Positions 16,927 through 20,633 of a stretch of DNA of 20,633 bases are shown here, in pieces. The stretch is from NCBI GenBank assembly GCA_049967475.1, contig JBMFSQ010000016.1:61981-82613 (forward strand), written 5' to 3'. Numbering within the stretch: the stretch's first letter is position 1; each line of letters opens with the position of its first letter. The notes under the pieces were generated by a model that had not been told where the DNA came from, searched no databases, and saw nothing but the letters and a program-made list of their open reading frames with translations. This stretch comes from Chthonomonadales bacterium. GTDB taxonomy: Bacteria; Armatimonadota; Chthonomonadetes; Chthonomonadales; CAJBBX01. A program made the position numbers and the translations under genes.

Positions 16927-18675
16927 ATGGCAGTTACGCTTCGACGGAGAAGGCATGTGGGCGCTCGTCGCGCGGCGGCATGGTTGATTGGGTTGGCGGT
17001 TCTCCTTTTGGGCATTCTATGCACCCATCCTTCCACGGGCTGGATAGCAAGAGTATGCTGGAGCTACGCCGTTGCCAAGTCTCCCGTTTTGCTCACGGCG
17101 GCGCGCAGCCTCGGGATCCGCAGCGACCTTGTGCGGGAAACGCCAAACGCAGCACAAGAAGTTGTCTCCCGGGTGTTGATGGAGGCCGAGCGCCGCGCGG
17201 ACAATCCGGCAGACGCGCTCTTCGTTGCCCAATATGATCCCCGCACAGGGCACTGGCGACCGCCCCGCGAGGCTCTTCCGTTTCTGGAGCGACTTGCAGA
17301 GGGCTTCCCCGAGCGTCCGGAACCCGCCGCAGCCCTATGCGTTGCATGCACCGACATCCTGCGCTTCGATCGGGAAGCCGAACAGGCGGCGTTGTCGGCG
17401 CAACCATCTCCCATACGCTCCTTTCAGCTTTCGCCGCTGGAGCGCGCTCGAAACGAGCAAACCCTTGAAATGCTGCTGCGCGCGGCCCGCCGAGGGAAAC
17501 GCGCGGATCCCGGCAATGGGTTCTTCCCGAGCATGCTATCCGTCGCCCTGTTCGCCGGCCACCGGGATCAGGAAGCCCTCGAAGCACTGCATCGTGCCGG
17601 AGGCTCCGCCCGCTGGGACGACTATGTCTTCATAGAACCCGCAGAGCACATGCGCTTGCAGCAGCTCGTTTTTGGACGGCAGCCTGCCGTCGTGAGCGAA
17701 CTGGAGCGCGCGGCCGTATTGCTGCCACACCTCGGACGCTTCCGCGAAGCCATCCGAGTGGCCTTGTATCACGCCGTGCGCGCGGAACAACAGGGTGATT
17801 ACCGCACCGGCCTGGCAATACGCAAAGACATAGCGCAATGCGCCATGGTCATGGGTAGGAGCAGCCGCACAATGATCCAGGCGTTGGTGGCTGCGGCCCT
17901 AACAACGACCGCCGCCACCTGGCCGGCAGGAAGGGTGCGTTTAGGGGGCTCCAGGCTGCCACCCGATGAATTGGCTCGGCGCCGGGAGGCTGCCTTCCTT
18001 GGGTTTGTACGCACGCAGGAAGGGCCGGCTTCCGCTGCGTGGTTCGCCAGCCAGATCCGCAACGCCCATGAAGTCCGTGAGGTCGCTCGCGCTGCAGCAG
18101 AACACGGGGCCTTTGAACCTCCATACAGGGCGATCGCCATAGGGTGGTCCTTGGGCGCCGCGATGCTCGCATGCTGCCTATGGTGCCTTGGAATGGCGGT
18201 GCTGACGCAGATCCTTCTGCGGACGAGGAAGGAGATGTGGCAGATTGCCGCGTTGGGGCTCATTGCGATCGGAAGCGCCGCATGGCTGGCGCGTTGTGTA
18301 TACGCCAACGTCGCCATTCTCACGATGTTGTCTGACGTCTACGGCCTGTTGGAGGCCTCCGCCAAAGAAGGCTGGGTCAGCCATGCGTCCCTAATGGCAG
18401 GCGCGGCGGGCACGCTGGTAGTGTTGGGTTCGATCTTGCCCGCGGTGATCGGGGTGCTCGCGGGCAAGTTTACGAGCGCCGGCATGATGCGGGGTGCAGC
18501 CCTAGGGCTCGCAGCGGCGGCCTTCGGTTACTGTTTGGCCTGCGGGCTCGTGTGCGTCCTCATTGTTCGGCAGGAAAACCGTACCGTTCGGATCCTGCAG
18601 CAGATGCATCAGAGCGAATTGGTGTACGCGGCCCGTCTTTTAGGGAAGCCGGTGCCGTGGCAGGCGCCGCCTTAA
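16927..18675 (+). CDS. Hypothetical membrane protein (N-terminal anchor, helical soluble domain, about 4 C-terminal TM segments)
   Basis: 582-aa ORF with hydrophobic stretches at both ends. Alternative start GTG 16957 has GGAG upstream. Confidence 0.8.
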   Translation: MAVTLRRRRHVGARRAAAWLIGLAVLLLGILCTHPSTGWIARVCWSYAVAKSPVLLTAARSLGIRSDLVRETPNAAQEVVSRVLMEAERRADNPADALFVAQYDPRTGHWRPPREALPFLERLAEGFPERPEPAAALCVACTDILRFDREAEQAALSAQPSPIRSFQLSPLERARNEQTLEMLLRAARRGKRADPGNGFFPSMLSVALFAGHRDQEALEALHRAGGSARWDDYVFIEPAEHMRLQQLVFGRQPAVVSELERAAVLLPHLGRFREAIRVALYHAVRAEQQGDYRTGLAIRKDIAQCAMVMGRSSRTMIQALVAAALTTTAATWPAGRVRLGGSRLPPDELARRREAAFLGFVRTQEGPASAAWFASQIRNAHEVREVARAAAEHGAFEPPYRAIAIGWSLGAAMLACCLWCLGMAVLTQILLRTRKEMWQIAALGLIAIGSAAWLARCVYANVAILTMLSDVYGLLEASAKEGWVSHASLMAGAAGTLVVLGSILPAVIGVLAGKFTSAGMMRGAALGLAAAAFGYCLACGLVCVLIVRQENRTVRILQQMHQSELVYAARLLGKPVPWQAPP

Positions 18676-18691
18676 TAAGCGAGTGTGAAGC

Positions 18692-18733
18692 AAAAAGCCC
18701 CGAGGTTGCGCAAGTACGGCTTCCTCGGGGCTT
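18692..18733 (-). terminator. Intrinsic terminator between convergent genes
   Basis: AAGCCCCGAGG (18695-18705) pairs with CCTCGGGGCTT (18723-18733); TTTTT tail on the minus strand. Confidence 0.8.
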
Positions 18734-18750
18734 GCCCAAACGTGTTCGGA

Positions 18751-18972
18751 TTAGGCTGCGACTGCTGCACCACAAACCGATTGGCGCCGATCCATCTCGG
18801 CATCGAAAACGTCCCTCGGATGCATGTAGACCACAGTTCCGTCGGGCGCGAGGCGGCGGTCGGCGTGCCTGTCCAGGTAGCGAAGCACCTGCAGGGGCAC
18901 GGATATCTCCACCGGCTCCTCCATGGCGCCGAATTGCAGGCGCACCGTGATATGCTGTTCAAAGGTATACAC
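18751..18972 (-). CDS. Small hypothetical protein, 73 aa
   Basis: GTG 18972 with AAGGGAGGAG upstream; VYTFEQHITVRLQFG...VCGAAVAA; terminator immediately downstream. Confidence 0.7.
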   Translation of the reverse strand: MYTFEQHITVRLQFGAMEEPVEISVPLQVLRYLDRHADRRLAPDGTVVYMHPRDVFDAEMDRRQSVCGAAVAA

Positions 18973-19036
18973 CGTACCGTCTCCTCCCTTGCTGCCGCTC
19001 CCGATACATCCCCGCCGGATCATTCTCCAAAAGGAG

Positions 19037-19062
19037 AGACGTAGTTCGGGCTCTAAGGTTAC
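19037..19062 (-). promoter_or_regulatory. ECF-sigma-like promoter GTAACC-N15-CGTCT
   Basis: AAC-N16-CGT arrangement 65 nt upstream of the 73-aa ORF. Confidence 0.45.
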
Positions 19063-19107
19063 GCAGATCTGCCGGGCAATTGGACGGCTGGGGAGAAGCC
19101 GGAAGCA

Positions 19108-20214
19108 TCACGGTACGAGCCAGCGGCCGTCTTTATGTATCAGTTCGCCGTCTGCATAGATCGCGCCGCCCTGCCTAAGGTCGCAAACCATATCCCAATG
19201 GATGGCCGAGTCGTTTAGGCCGCCTGTGTCTGGATAGGAGGCCCCGAGGGCCAGGTGGCACGTTCCGCCTATCTTCTCGTCGAAGAGTGTGTTCCGGGTG
19301 AAGCGGGTGATATTGTAATTGTTGCCGACAGCGACTTCGCCCAGATATCGGGCGCCGGGATCCGTGTCCAACATTGCGCGAAGATACTCCTCGCCCCGCC
19401 CCGCTTCTGCTCGCACCACACGACCCTTCTCGAACCAGAGGTGTACATCCTCCACGTCGCGCCCATTGGCGACGGCGGGGTAGCTGAAGCGTATGTGCCC
19501 GCGAGCCGTGTCTTCAACCGGGCTCGTGAATACCTCCCCCGAAGGGAAATTGCGCCGCCCGTCGCTGTTGATCCACCTTCTCCCCGCCACCGAGAGCTCC
19601 AGATCCGTGTCCCGTGCCACGATGCGCAGGGTGCGCACCTGCTCGAGGCGGTTCGCAATCGCCTGCTGCTGCACCGAGAAAGCCCTCCACGCTGCGATGG
19701 GATCCTCCTGGGTAAGAAACATGGCGTGGTAGACGAAGTCTTCGTACTCCCGTAGCGAGAGACCCGCCTCCTGGGCCAAGGCGTGGGTAGGAAAGAGTGT
19801 GCTGCACCAGCGGAGATCGCCCGCCGCTGCGCGTTGGCGGGTGATGCGCCCCAACTCACCAAGGGCTCGCGCGCGTCGAGAAAGCTTTGCCGCGTCGGCC
19901 CCGGCGGCTTCGCGCGTGTTGTAGGGCGCATTGATCGTAAGGCGAGTGGTCACCGTCTGCGCCTGTAGAAGCTCCCACGGTGCCACCCAGTCCAGATGCT
20001 CCGGCTGGGCGTGGCCGTAATAAAGGGCGGATTGGCCGTCGAATGAAAGTTCGTGGGACACGAAGGCGCCAGCCTGCAGCGCGAGCCGGTAGATTTCGGT
20101 AAGGAGCTCAGTCGCCAGCGGTGAAGTGCGCACGAGAAAGATGTCTCCCTCGCGGACACTCAACGAATAATTAAGAAGCGTTTCGGCGAAGCGAACCACG
20201 AAGATGTTGGCCAT
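19108..20214 (-). CDS. M29 (thermophilic metalloprotease, AmpS/AmpT-like) aminopeptidase, 368 aa
   Basis: NFPSGEVFTSP, LGEVAVG, LFDEKIGGTCHLALG, NDSAIHWDMV. Confidence 0.95.
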   Translation of the reverse strand: MANIFVVRFAETLLNYSLSVREGDIFLVRTSPLATELLTEIYRLALQAGAFVSHELSFDGQSALYYGHAQPEHLDWVAPWELLQAQTVTTRLTINAPYNTREAAGADAAKLSRRARALGELGRITRQRAAAGDLRWCSTLFPTHALAQEAGLSLREYEDFVYHAMFLTQEDPIAAWRAFSVQQQAIANRLEQVRTLRIVARDTDLELSVAGRRWINSDGRRNFPSGEVFTSPVEDTARGHIRFSYPAVANGRDVEDVHLWFEKGRVVRAEAGRGEEYLRAMLDTDPGARYLGEVAVGNNYNITRFTRNTLFDEKIGGTCHLALGASYPDTGGLNDSAIHWDMVCDLRQGGAIYADGELIHKDGRWLVP

Positions 20215-20504
20215 CAAAGGAACCCTTGTTGAGACACTCTCGGACTTTGCCGCTGCGGATCCGCTGTCGTTTCGACATACCCTTCACTTTACGGAAGGTT
20301 CTTGGAATGGGTGTCGTCCGACCAAACGAGATCATGCGCCTGCTCGGCTCTGCCCGTCCGGCGGGTGGGCGGCAGACGGCTGTGTGCGCAAGGGAGCAGC
20401 TCTGCATAGAGGACCATCGCTTGCGCTCGCAGCGTGGTCATCCGCACTCAATAGATACCCCTCAGACGATCCTTCATCGGCGCATACAGCGGCACACAGG
20501 GGCA

Positions 20505-20633
20505 TTACGCGTGGGCCCAGCCCCGTCCAAAGGATACCTCCGCACGCATCACCAAACCACACCAGGCCACAAGGCACACATCAAAGAGCGGATACTCCCC
20601 ATCCTTGCGGAGGAGCCCGTTGCCATAGGTATA
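20505..20633 (-). pseudogene. Probable truncated RHS/YD-repeat gene fragment entering from beyond the window
   Basis: Frame from 20633 reads YTYGNGLLRKDGEYPLFD, then unrelated-looking VCLVAWCG...AHA and TAA at 20505. Only 18 informative residues are visible. Confidence 0.5.

Noticed and set aside
19010..19105. c-di-GMP-I riboswitch-like pattern on the plus strand (CTCC-AAAA-GGAG-A-GACG...CTAAGG)
   Set aside because: Lacks GGCAAA, the GNRA loop and GCAAA, and is antisense to both flanking genes; an ECF-like promoter on the minus strand explains the region better.
20171..20577. ORFs 20171-20407 and 20332-20577
   Set aside because: No convincing SD, atypical composition and no recognisable homology.

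Overview
GC-rich bacterial chromosomal window, probably Armatimonadota/Chthonomonadales-like (inferred from gene content and recalled sequence style, not a database result). Left part, all minus strand: sugar-phosphate isomerase/epimerase, typA, a secreted tricorn-like S41 protease, prfB with a programmed +1 frameshift, a stand-alone 5'-nucleotidase C-terminal-domain protein, and an M28 lipoprotein (absent from the ORF track) resembling Bacteroidetes-type glutaminyl cyclases. Middle, plus strand: a DUF6807 ('PmoA'-named) protein, a ~1020-aa secreted putative glycoside hydrolase with an internal domain duplication, and a degenerate receiver protein coupled to a divergent GlmU-like enzyme. Right part: a REC-HD-GYP phosphodiesterase behind a perfect TTGACA-N17-TATAAT promoter, a membrane protein, a 73-aa ORF with its own terminator and an ECF-like promoter, an M29 aminopeptidase, and a probable truncated RHS fragment at the edge. 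No rRNA, tRNA, CRISPR array or intact mobile element was seen. Best lead: the glutaminyl-cyclase-like lipoprotein lies near two exported proteins whose predicted mature N-termini are Gln, suggesting pyroglutamate capping ('Q-rule') in this lineage.
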